Shown here: positions 1 to 11,209 of the stretch, piece after piece
Position numbering within the stretch: the first letter of the stretch is position 1
Layout: every line of letters begins with the position of its first letter
From: Octopus sinensis
Taxonomy: Eukaryota
NCBI RefSeq assembly: GCF_006345805.1
Contig: NC_042999.1
Location: forward strand, 110,546,001 to 110,610,000
DNA length: 64,000 bases
Reading direction: 5' to 3'
The notes under the pieces: generated by a model
What the model saw: only the letters and a program-made list of their open reading frames with translations
What the model was told of the DNA's origin: nothing
Database searches by the model: none
Translations under genes and position numbers: made by a program

Positions 1-659
1 GACATCAAGATGCAATTTGGCCATGATAAATGTGCAAAAGCTACCTTTATCAAAGGAAAATTGACAGAAACATCTAATGTTAACCTTGACCAGCAGAATG
101 TCATAAAAGAGTTAGAACCAGTGGAGAGCTACAAATACCTATGGGTAATTGAAGGGGACAGAATCAAACATGCAGTGATGAGGGAAAGGACCAGAAGAGA
201 ATGTTATCACAGAGTGAGAGCTATACTGAAGACAAAGCTGAATGCAAGAAACAGGATTGAAACAATCAATGCTTTAGCCATACCAGTTGTGACTTACAGT
301 TTCAATATCATTAACTGATCAAATATGTAATCTTGACAGAATCCACCACACTAAGGCAGATATAGAACGACTTTAGCTGCCAAGAAAAGAAGGGGGCCAT
401 GGACTTTTACAACTGGCATTAACAATGAAGATTGCTACAACTGGCCTAGACACCTACCTGAAAAACTCTGAGGACTGGATGTTAAAATTTGTCTCAAAAC
501 ATGAAAACAAGAAAGCATCATACTCAGTAACAAAACAGGCAAAGGAATATCCAAGATCACATCTCACTCCTCTGGAACTTCACCATTCAAACTGATAGAA
601 AGATAGATGCAAATAGGCCAGACATCATATTGAAAGACTTCAGACAAAAATCATAACTC

Positions 660-665
<6 letters not shown>
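1..665 (+). mobile_element. R4/Dong-type non-LTR retrotransposon remnant (RT C-terminus to start of the restriction-like endonuclease), decayed
   Basis: ORF 10-318 reads MQFGHDKCA...ESYKYLWVIE...LNARNRIETINALAIPVVTYSFNIIN, matching the late RT motifs of R4/Dong elements. 584-665 reads TIQTDRKIDANRPDIILKDFRQKS*LLI (RPD motif of the RLE). Stops and deletions are present. Confidence 0.8.
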
Positions 666-713
<48 letters not shown>

Positions 714-745
714 GTTGTTGTTGTTGTTGTTATTATTATTATTAT
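663..745. repeat. (ATT)n/(GTT)n microsatellite
   Basis: Direct reading of the sequence. Confidence 0.95.
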
Positions 746-980
746 TGTGCCCCATGTGCTATAGAGTGGATGAAGCCATTGCCCATATCACGAATGAATC
801 CCTAGACTAGGTAGGAAGGATTATTATTATTAATCATTAAAATAAATGACAATAATCAAATAAAAGAAATCATCATAATCCTTGTCATCATCATCATCAT
901 CATCGTCGTTGTCGTCGTCGTCGTTGTTGTTGTTGTTCTTCTTATTATTATTATCATTATTATTATTATCATTATTATTA

Positions 981-1352
981 TCATTCAGTAGTTTTATTTT
1001 TATAGTGTGCTTTCACTTCACTACCGAGCGCAGCTCTGTGTGCCTTGGGTATGTGCTGTAATTTGTTGTGATGCTCTGGTGGTTATTGTATGGAAAGTGT
1101 TCTGCGTAGGATGTGTGCAGTGCCTAGTAGTGCAATTTTCTGTATGTTATATGTGTTTGTAAGTCCTGGTGTTTTTGTTATGTATTTGTCTGAATATTTT
1201 TTTATCATGCCTAATGCACCTACTATGATAGGAATTGTTTCTGTTTTTAGATTCCACATTCTGGTTACCTCTATTTCCAGGTCTTTGTATTTTGAGAGTT
1301 TCTCCATTTCTTTTAGAGACACGTTGTCATCTGCCGGTATTGATACATCAAT
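981..1352 (-). mobile_element. R4/Dong-type element 3' end (RLE C-terminus, 3' UTR, AAT tail)
   Basis: Minus strand reads IDVSIPADDNVSLKEMEKLSKYKDLEIEVTRMWNLKTETIPIIVGALG...GTAHILRRTLSIQ*, then ~100 nt of UTR and an (AAT)n-type tail. Confidence 0.85.
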
Positions 1353-1861
1353 TATTATTATTATTATTATTATTATCATTATTATTATCATTATTATTAT
1401 TATTACTAGTAGTAGTGGCAGTGGCAGCAGTAGCAGAAGCAGCAGAAAAGCAGCAGTGTCGAGTACGTGAAAACAAAAACACATGAAAATCTAAATGACA
1501 TGTTTATTTTAAGATCAAAACTACCAGAGATAAAAGAAGATTAATAATGATAATAATATAACCACCACCATCACCACCACCACCACCACCACCACCACCA
1601 CCACCACCACACCACCACCACCACAACAACAACAACAACAGCACTAAAAAGATAAAGTAAAGAATTAAATAGGAATATAAATTTAATAAAATAAAGCCAA
1701 AAGTAAAAAAGCAAAAGTGATATTTTATTAAGTTTGCAACATGTCTTAGTCTATAACATGTTTACTCATTGCTTTGTATTTTTAAGTAAAAGGCCAACAG
1801 CAAAAGTTGAAAATAGTGGGTATTCAGAAGTTTACAGACACACACACACGCACACATTCAT

Positions 1862-1900
<39 letters not shown>

Positions 1901-2482
1901 CATACGTATAAGACCTAAATGCTATACTTAAGTACAACTATTGTCAAACATATATGTGCATATATGTATTTAAATATATGTGTGTGTGCATGCATAATAT
2001 ATATATAAATATATATATATATGTATATAATGTATTATATATATATATATATATACACACACATGTATATATATATATATACACACGTATATATATATAT
2101 ATATAGAGAGAGAGAGATAGATAGATAGATAGATAGATAGATATATACACATATATATATACACATAAACCATTTATAAACTAGTATTGAACTTGCAAAT
2201 AGAAGTGTAATGGTTGGGTGAAGATAGGCGGGAGGGTGACAGTGGCGCTGCTACTTCTGAAGATGGAGGGGGATTGGGTGGGTCGGTTTTCTAAGATTAC
2301 TTTTACCAAACTTATCGCACAAAATATTATTTTCTCCCTGCTGCTGCTGCCGCTTCTTTTTCTTCTTCTTCTTCTTCTTCTTCTTCTTCTTCTTCTTCTT
2401 CTTCTTCTCCTCCTCTTTCTCCTCCTCCTTTGCTTCATCATTTTTATCATCATCATCATCATCATCATCATTATCACCACCA

Positions 2483-2992
2483 CCAGGTCAACTTTGACTT
2501 TCATCCTTTTGGAGTTGATAAAATAAGTACCAGTTGAACACTGGGGTTGATGTAATTGGCTAGTCCCCTCCCCACAAATTCCAGGCCTTGCGCCTTTAGT
2601 AGGAAGGATTATTATCATTATTAAGGTGGTGAGCTGGCAGAATCATTAACATGCTGTACAAAATGCTTAGTGGCATTTCATCTGTCTTAAAGGTGTTCTG
2701 AGTTCAAATAGTACTGGGGTTGATGTATTTGACTAATCCTTTTCCCCCCAAATTTCAGGCCTTGTGCCTTTAGGAGGAATAGAAACGTTAGCACACCGGG
2801 CGAAATGCGTAGCCGTAGTTCATCTGCCATTAGGTTCTGAGTTCAAATTCCGCCGAGGTCGACTTTGCCTTTCATCCTTTCGGGGTCGATAAATTAAGTA
2901 CCAGTTACGCACTGGAGTCGATGTAATCGACTTAATCCGTTTGTTTGTCCTTGTTTGTCCCCTCTATGTTTAGCCCCTTGTGGTAGTAAAGA

Positions 2993-2995
<3 letters not shown>
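2483..2995 (+). mobile_element. Cluster of three tRNA-derived SINE copies (family A)
   Basis: Head AAGGTGGTGAGCTGGCAGAA at 2623, B-box-like GAGTTCAAATT, central CTTTGCCTTTCATCCTTTCGGGGTCGATAAATTAAGTACCAG segment (intact in the copy starting at 2781), two tail types. Confidence 0.85.

Positions 2996-3083
<88 letters not shown>
2996..3083. repeat. (AAT)n(ATT)n palindromic microsatellite junction
   Basis: About 12 AAT units directly followed by about 17 ATT units, between two SINE copies. Confidence 0.95.
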
Positions 3084-3085
<2 letters not shown>

Positions 3086-3290
3086 GCTTGTGAGCTGGCA
3101 GAACCTTTAGCATGCCGAGCAGAATGCTTCATGGCATTTCATCCATCTTCATACTCTGAGTTCAAATTCTGTTGAGGTTGACTTTGCCTTTCATCCTTTT
3201 GGAGTCAATAAAATAAGTACCACTTGAATACTAAAGTCAATGTAATTCCATTCCCCTAATATTTCAGGCCTTGTGCCTATAGTAGAAAGG

Positions 3291-3292
<2 letters not shown>
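3084..3292 (+). mobile_element. SINE family A copy
   Basis: GAGCTGGCAGAA head, GAGTTCAAATT, CTTTGCCTTTCATCCTTTTGG core, ...GTAGAAAGG(ATT)n tail. Confidence 0.85.
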
Positions 3293-3325
<33 letters not shown>

Positions 3326-3641
3326 CATTATTATTGTTGCTGTTGTTGTTCTTGTTATTATTATTTTTATTATTATTATTATTATTACAATTACTGAGAG
3401 AGCAGTGCATGCCATCAAAGTGACACTGCCTTTCCCAACTATGTGGTTGGGAAGTAAGCTTCTTACCACACAGCCATGCCTGCACCTGTTTACATTCTGA
3501 GTTTGAATCCTGTCATGTTTTTTGTCCCAAGGTGAGAGATTTAATTCAAATGAAGTATTTAAAGTTTTCTAACTGTTACCCATCTACATTATTTGCATTA
3601 TTTACATTCAACGGATATTTGTCCTCATCTTGTTAGTTGTT

Positions 3642-3687
3642 AACAAAACATTTCGGCTGATATACCCTCCAGCCTTCTTTAGGTGTC
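3642..3687 (-). ncRNA. Minimal type-I hammerhead ribozyme motif, degenerate (inverted copy)
   Basis: GACAC-CTAAAGA-A-GGCTG..CAGCC-GAAA-TGTT-TTGTT. G5 is mutated, while stem II and GAAA are intact. Confidence 0.6.
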
Positions 3688-3809
3688 TTGGGGAAATCAT
3701 GGCGACGGGCATATGGTGTAGCGGTTAAGAGCATGGGCTGCTAACCCCAAGATTCCGAGTTCGATTCCAAGCAGTGACCTGAACAACAACAACAATAATA
3801 ATAATAATG

Positions 3810-3851
<42 letters not shown>

Positions 3852-3898
3852 TCGAAAAATACCTTAGGAATAAGAACCCAGGTTCAAAATTTCCCCAA

Positions 3899-3941
3899 GA
3901 CACCTGAAGAAGGTTGGAAGGTATATCAGCCAAAACGTGTT
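3899..3941 (+). ncRNA. Minimal type-I hammerhead ribozyme motif, degenerate
   Basis: GACAC-CTGAAGA-A-GGTTG..CAGCC-AAAA-CGTGTT. G12 is mutated and there is a 3-nt loss near the cleavage site. Confidence 0.6.
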
Positions 3942-4039
3942 AACAAACAAGACGAGGACAAATATCTGTCGAATGTAAATAATGTAAATAATGCACATAA
4001 TTCCTCATCTCTTAAATATAGAACTGTATTACCCTTCTG

Positions 4040-4590
4040 TGGTCAACTGATTGTATTAGAAATCAGCTGCATCAAGAGAAGCTGATCTCCAATTGTGGAG
4101 GGAATGTATGGAATTTGTGGACCCAAGAAGACATGGGTTGAAATGGTGAGAAAGGATCTTCAGATGTTGGGCTTTACAGAGGAGATGACAGGGAACTGAA
4201 ACTTCTGGTAGTTTGCTATGCCTGATATGATACCTCATGTTAGGTAAAAATTGTGGTTGTCCTTGCATACAGTAATGACCCTTACATCCCTCTCCAGCTG
4301 AGCATTGCTAATCTTGCAGGCTGAGAGGTGCTGGTGCCATGTAAAAAGCACCTGCACCAGTGTCATATAAATGCATCCATGCTGGTGCTGCATAAAGGCA
4401 CCCAATACACTTTGTGAAGTGGTTGGTGTTAGGAAGGGCATCCAACTATAGAAAGCATGCCAAAGTAGACATGGAACTTGGGCAGCTCTTCAGGTGGCTA
4501 GCTCCTGTCAAACCGTCCGACTCATGCCAGCATGGAAAATGCACACTAAACAATGATGAGGATGATGATGATGATGATGATGACAATGAT
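4040..4590 (+). mobile_element. RTE LINE 3' fragment, decayed
   Basis: VEG....PKKTWVEMVRKDLQMLGFTEEMT matches the C-terminus of the RTE at 30575. The 3' tail CATGCCAGCATGGAAAATG...(GAT)n is also shared. Confidence 0.7.
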
Positions 4591-4650
4591 TATGCTGGGG
4601 AAAGTACTGGATAAAATGCTTTCTGATATTTAACCTTTTCTTACCATATT

Positions 4651-4879
4651 CTTTTCTACTCTAGGCACAAAGTCCGAAATTTTTGGGGAGGGAGCCAGTC
4701 AATTAGATTGACTCCAGTACGTAACTGGTACTTAATTTATCGACCCCAAAAGGATGAAAGGCAAAGTCGACCTCAGCAGAATTTGAACTCAGAATGTAAA
4801 GACAGATGAAATACCACTAAGCATTTCACCCAGTGTGCTAATGTTTCTGCCAGCTCAGCGCCTTATTATTATTATTCTT

Positions 4880-4938
<59 letters not shown>

Positions 4939-4959
4939 TAACAATAATAAATAATAATG

Positions 4960-5020
<61 letters not shown>

Positions 5021-5030
5021 CAATAATAAC

Positions 5031-5097
<67 letters not shown>

Positions 5098-5330
5098 GTC
5101 TGAAATTTGGGGGGAGGCAGCCAGTCGATTAGATTGATCCTAGTACACAACTGGTACTTAATTTGTCGACCCCAAAAGGATGAAAGGCAAAGTTGACCTC
5201 AGCAGAATTTGAACTCAAAATGTAAAGACAGATGAAATACCGCTAAGCATTTCACCCAGTGTGCTAATGTTTCTGCCAGCTCAGTGCCTTATTATTATCA
5301 TTATTCTTATTAATAATAATAATAATAATA

Positions 5331-5383
<53 letters not shown>

Positions 5384-5393
5384 CAATAATAAC

Positions 5394-5445
<52 letters not shown>

Positions 5446-5638
5446 GTCTGAAATTTTGGGGGAGGCAGCCAGTCGATTAGATTGATCCCAGTACACAACT
5501 GGTACTTAATTTATCGACCCCAAAAGGATGAAAGGCAAAGTTGACCTCAGCAGAATTTGAACTCAAAATGTAAAGACAGATGAAATACCGCTAAGCATTT
5601 CACCCAGTGTGCTAACGTCTCTGCCAGCTTGCCGCCTT
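4651..5638 (-). mobile_element. Three tandem SINE family A copies separated by (AAT)n
   Basis: Copies at 4651-4863, 5096-5290 and 5445-5638 share private variants. Confidence 0.9.
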
Positions 5639-6134
5639 CCTTTTCTTACCATATTTATACCCTGCCTTTGTTTCAGATAATTTTGAAAATAACTAAGAAT
5701 TTAGTTAAATAACTCTGCCAGGTTTAAAGCTGTTGTACCAAGAGTAGTGTCAGGTAGGTTAATAACAACACTTTATATCCTATGATCAAATCCTTTTGGG
5801 CCAAAATTTGCCTTTCATCAAATGGCGTTCGATAAAATAAAGTAACAGCCAAGTACAGAGGTTGATGTAATCAGGGAAGTCCAGTACTCCATCATCATCA
5901 TCAGCAGCAGCATCGCTGGCAGTGGTAGTTGCACCATCATCATCATCATCATCAACAGCAGAAGCATCAATAACAACAGCAACAAGCACTATGCTTATTG
6001 TTCCAGCATCATCACTGTCATAATCAGTATACTCATCATCATCATCATCATCCTCATCCCTGTTCCCATCATCGTCAGCATTGTTGTCTTTATTGACACC
6101 ATAGAGGTAATCATTGAGCTTGTAACCATCATCG

Positions 6135-6254
6135 TCATCGTCATTACATCGTCATCATCATCATCGTCGTCCTCATCATCACCATATTGCTACCATTATC
6201 ATCATAATCATTATCATCATTATCGTCATTGTCATCATCAACATCATCTTCATC

Positions 6255-6291
<37 letters not shown>

Positions 6292-6299
6292 ACATCATC

Positions 6300-6367
<68 letters not shown>

Positions 6368-6425
6368 TTTTGTTGTCATTGCCTTTGTTATCCACATCAT
6401 CATCATTATCATCAGCAGCAGTGGC
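6135..6425. repeat. (CAT)n microsatellite, imperfect
   Basis: Direct reading. It generates the spurious poly-D/M/S ORFs. Confidence 0.95.
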
Positions 6426-6961
6426 ATTAGCAATGTGATCCTTATCATCATTATCTTGATTAATCTTATCTGTTTTCTTTTCTCACCTACTTGTGTTTTC
6501 ATCTCACCCTTCTCTGTCTTATCCACCACCACCACCACCACCACCACCTCTTCCTCCTACAACTAAAAGCCTATAAAAGAGGGCTTTCAGAGAGATTCAA
6601 ACCCACCATACCCCACACTGTCCCTGCCACACAACCCCAAACCACCACACCACCACCACCACCACTACTTTGTTCATTCATATTTTCTTTTTTTGTTTTG
6701 GTAAACAGCTGTCTTTTCATGTCTATGAGAATAAGTGCATAAAAAAATGAAAGAACTGATAAAATGCCATCATAAGCGTATTATATAACTAACTCCATCA
6801 CCTTGCTTCCTTTCTCTTTGAGTTCCTTCACACACAGTCACAATGCCTTGCCACAAATATACATCATCACCTCTTTGTGACCCCAAACTCCAGAAGTGTG
6901 CCAATGTGTTTAACTGTACATATGTGTGTCACAGGGTATGTACTTATGTATATGTGGGTAA

Positions 6962-7005
<44 letters not shown>

Positions 7006-7068
7006 TCTATATATATATAGGTATAGATATATGCATGTGTATGCATATATATACATATTATATAATCA

Positions 7069-7245
7069 TACGTCTATTTGTTTTAGTCATTTGACTGTGG
7101 CCATGCTGGGCACCGTCTTTTCGCCGAAAAAAATCAACCCCAGGACTTATTCTTTGTAAGCCTAATACTTATTTCATCACCCTCTTTTGCCAAACTGTCA
7201 GTTATGGGGACATAAACACAGACACATAAGCATACACACACCACA
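7069..7245 (-). mobile_element. SINE family B 3' fragment
   Basis: TTTAGTCATTTGACTGTGGCCATGCTGG...GGACTTATTCTTTGTAAGCCTA matches 61165-61523. Confidence 0.75.
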
Positions 7246-7249
7246 CACA

Positions 7250-7446
7250 CACACATACAATATATATAGATATATAATATATATATATATATATATAATA
7301 TATATATATATACATATGTATATATATATTATGTAATATATTATGTATATATATAGAGATAAACATATATATTATATATATGTATATATATATATGTATA
7401 TATATATATGTATATATAGGTGTATATATATATATGTATGTATATA

Positions 7447-7478
<32 letters not shown>

Positions 7479-7515
7479 CGTATATATATATATATATATA
7501 TATAATATACACGTA

Positions 7516-7548
<33 letters not shown>

Positions 7549-7564
7549 TATATATATATATACG

Positions 7565-7599
<35 letters not shown>

Positions 7600-7930
7600 C
7601 TATATATATATATATTATATATATAGATATATATATGTATATATATATTAATATAATATACGTATATATATACGTATATATATATATATATATACATACG
7701 TTATATATACCTATATAAGATGCATATATATATATAATATAGATATATATAATCTCTACATATATATATGTTAATACATATATATAACATATTTATATAT
7801 ATACATATATATATATATATAGAATTATATATTATATATATTTAGATATAGTCCATATCTATAATAATATATATATATATATATATATACATATATATGT
7901 ATAGATATAGTATATATACCTATATATATA
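7250..7930. repeat. (TA)n-rich microsatellite
   Basis: Direct reading. Similar tracts occur at 15300-15572, 17736-18345, 18510-18700, 52975-53170 and many other places. Confidence 0.95.
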
Positions 7931-8769
7931 TACTCCTCTTAATAGTCCCGGGTCTTTCTCTTTCCTTGCTTCTGATTCTTCCCCCACGCTTATTTGCAAC
8001 CGTCATTTCTATTGCTAAGAAGGCACCACTCCTCTTTCTTCTCCCCTCTTGATTCCTTCCTCTCTCTCTCTCCCCCCTGGTGCCTTCGTCCTTTCTTTCT
8101 CTCACTCTTTGATTTCCTGGCTCCCTGAATTTTCTTTTGTATTTTCTTTCTTCCGTGCTCTCACAATGACCGCATTCAATCGTCTTTTCGGCTTGACCGT
8201 GCCATTTCAATAACGTCGTTTTCGTTTTGCCGCAAAGGCATTTTTCAAATACGTAAACCCAGCCAAGATAAATTTAAAAACTTGTCTAAAGTCGTAAGAC
8301 GCCCGCTGTTTTAGTCCTGCTTACCATTCTTGTTTTTTTATTTCTATTTCTTGTTTCTTGTATTTATATTCGTGTTGCATCATGTCCTTTGTTCGTATAC
8401 ATTCGATCTTTTTCCAAGAAATCTAATGCCTTGCTTAGTTTTTCCTTGGGCTGGCCGTTTCGGAGTGATATCGAGATTAAACAGCCGACATGCTAAATGA
8501 TCCGGTTTCGACTGAAGATTAGAGGCTTCGAGTACCCGTCTGTTTTTTTGTGTCCGTCTCCTTGTGTGTTTTTGCATTCTTGTCCCACCTTGTATTTATA
8601 TTTAATATTTAATTTCTATACAGATATGTATATATATCTATGGGATATATATATATATATATATATATATCATAATATATATATATATATATATATATGT
8701 CTATATATATATATATATATATAATGATAAATATCAAATGAGTTATATACAGTAGCAGTACCACATCGG

Positions 8770-9055
8770 ACAATATTTGCCATTTCAATATGGCTACCCC
8801 TAAGGGTGGATGCTACTTGTGACAACTATGTGACAACTATGATTTGTCACACGCTGACGAGAGTTCAATACCTCGAAACTCGAGTCCGTGGTGTACATAA
8901 GTTGAAGACGGGAAGGATGGCTTCCTTTGCAAATACGGATAGGGCACAGAAAGTGTGTCTATGGCCAGCTGGAGTAGTGTGTCCTCCCTGGGGCTAAAAA
9001 CTACAGTACATCCACCCTTAGGGGTAGCCATATTGAAATAGCAATATACGTCACT
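8770..9055 (+). mobile_element. ~290-bp non-coding mini-element bounded by inverted repeats and carrying a hammerhead ribozyme (probable non-autonomous Penelope derivative)
   Basis: 31-bp perfect inverted repeat at 8782-8812 / 9009-9039. Both flanks are (TA)n. Internal hammerhead motif. Confidence 0.75.
8850..8890 (+). ncRNA. Minimal type-I hammerhead ribozyme, canonical core
   Basis: Stem I CACG/CGTG, core CTGACGA, stem II GAG/CTC, GAAA, palindromic stem III ACTCGAGT, cleavage triplet GTC (cut after 8886). Confidence 0.85.
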
Positions 9056-9110
9056 ATATATATTATATATAATATATATATATATATATAATATATATAT
9101 ATATATTATA

Positions 9111-9156
<46 letters not shown>

Positions 9157-9504
9157 TATATATATATATACATAGCATAGTATTTATATATATATATATG
9201 TATATATCACGTCATCCCATAAATAATGTCTGAAATCTCTCGTATGTAATTCGTTAATTTTCACAGTATTCTAAAATATCAAATGGTTTTGATTGATACC
9301 CATATAAATTTGGTAACCTTTAATGTAATATGATTTTTTTTACAGAATAATCTGACTGAATTAATTACTAATATTAACTCATCAAAGATGGATATATTGA
9401 AGGAGCATTTAAGATACACAATGCTTTGTGAGTTCAAAAAGGGAAACACTGCAGTATAAGCAACCTGAAATATCCATTCTGTATGTGGGGAAGAGTTTCC
9501 AAAT

Positions 9505-10030
9505 TCCATGTAATCAGTCCACTTATGCGTGCCTTTCCTTCATTGGACACTAAACTCTGCTTGCGAAGACCTGTTGAGGCAAGTGAAATTGGAATCGAAA
9601 TTAAATTCGATGACTGGCATCCGTGCTAGTGGAGTGCTAAGAGAACCATACGAGTGAGATCAGGGCTAGAGCAACAAGCTGGCCTCCATGCCGATGGCAT
9701 GTTAAAAACACCATTCGAGCATGATCATTACCTGTGTCGCCTTACTAGCACTTGTGCTGGTGGCACATGAAAAAAACATTTGAGCGAGGTCGTTGCCAGT
9801 GTCGCTGGACTGGCTCCTGTGCAGGTGGCACATAACAAGCACCTTTCAAGCATGGCCGTTGCCAGTACCACTACACTCTCGGAGTGGTTGGCATTAGGAA
9901 AGGCATCAGCTGTAGAAGCTCTGCCAGATGAAGATTTGAGTCTGGTGCAGCCATCTGGTTCGCCAGACCTCAGTCAAATCGTCCAACCCATGCTAGCAGG
10001 GAAAGTGGACGTAAACGATGATGATGACTG
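9505..10030 (+). mobile_element. RTE LINE 3' UTR fragment
   Basis: Homologous to 30069-30545 (reverse complement). Contains GGTGGCAC modules and ends in CCAACCCATGCTAGCA...(GAT)n. Confidence 0.75.
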
Positions 10031-10555
10031 CAAAACATAATATTTAAGAAAATTCCACCCCAACATACTTAGTAGTATCAACTAAATACATAGATAAGAA
10101 ATCTAAGTCTATGTAGAATTTTTCACAAATTTATTCTTTTGTATCCTCAATCATTAGCTGTACCCGGAGGTAATACAAATAGATGTAAATTTCTTACATA
10201 CTTTTACCTTTGTTAAAAATCTTACATTAGACAAAGAACACTAGTACTATTACTTCACTAATAGTAAACATGGCAAAAAATTTTAAGCTTGGCTGCTGAT
10301 TACCAGTAGACATACCTATAAGTTCACTAAAAGATATTTGTCTGTATTTGGGAAATTGTATCTCCTACTGATGTAGTATTATTCTTCTCTTTAACCCTTT
10401 AGCATTGAAGCTAGTGGTTCTCATAACATTTTCAGATTTTTACCAGTGATAATATGCATCAAATACACTCCATCAATTTTTTTTCTTATAAAAAACAAAT
10501 TAAGTATTTCAAAAATTTCTTTATAAACTATTTTATGCTACAATTTGAGAAATAT

Positions 10556-11209
10556 TGATTTCTAATTTTGGCACAAGACCAGCAATTTCAGGTTGGGGGA
10601 GTAAATCAAATTCATCGTTCTCAGTGTTAGCCCCTAAAAGATAAAAAGCAGAGTTGACCTCAGCAGATTTTGAACTCAGGGTGTGGAGACAAACGAAATG
10701 CCACTAAGCACTTTGCCTGACATGCTAACAATTCTGCCAACTTGCTTTATAATTTGAGAAATATCTGTTTCAATTTTTTTATTACAGTAACTTCGAGGGA
10801 GGGGATAAGGCATTTACAAAGATCCCAGTGTTCAAATGGTATTTAATTTATCGATCCTGAATGGATAAAAGGCAAAAATCAACATTGATAGAATTTGAAC
10901 TCACAATGTAATGATGGACAAAATGCTGTTAAGTGTATTGCCTGGCATGCTAACAATTCTGCTTGCTTGCTACCTTATAATTTGAGAAATATTCTTCTCT
11001 GCTCTAGGCACAAGGCCCAAAATTTTGGTGGAGGGGACCAGGTGATTATATCAACCTCAGTACACAACTGGTACTTAATTTATCAACTTCAAAGGGTTGA
11101 AGGGCAAAGTTGACCTTGGCGGAATTTGAACTCTGAATGTAAAGATAGACGAAATAGCACTAAGCATTTCACCCAGCATGCTAATGTCTCTGCCAGCTTG
11201 CCACCTTAT
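10556..11209 (-). mobile_element. Three diverged SINE family A copies, each bracketed by AATTTGAGAAATAT
   Basis: Copies at about 10556-10747, 10765-10976 and 10993-11207. The 14-mer occurs at 10542, 10751, 10979 and 11210. Confidence 0.8.

Larger units (their letters stand above)
3573..4024 (+). mobile_element. tRNA-headed non-autonomous element with a hammerhead-containing tail and a 5' inverted partial copy
   Basis: A-box TGGTGTAGCGG at 3714-3724, B-box GAGTTCGATTCC at 3757-3768, (AAC/AAT)n linker, tail 3889-4024 with a hammerhead motif. 3573-3697 is the reverse complement of the tail. Confidence 0.75.

Noticed and set aside
3701-3780. Possible tRNA-Ser(GCT) gene
   Set aside because: A and B boxes are present, but the acceptor and T stems do not pair and there is no T-run terminator. 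Treated as a SINE head.
8440-8545. Hammerhead candidates (CTGAAGA at 8512; GAAACCGG on the minus strand)
   Set aside because: The plus motif lacks GAAA after a closed stem II. The minus motif has a stem and GAAA but no CUGANGA.
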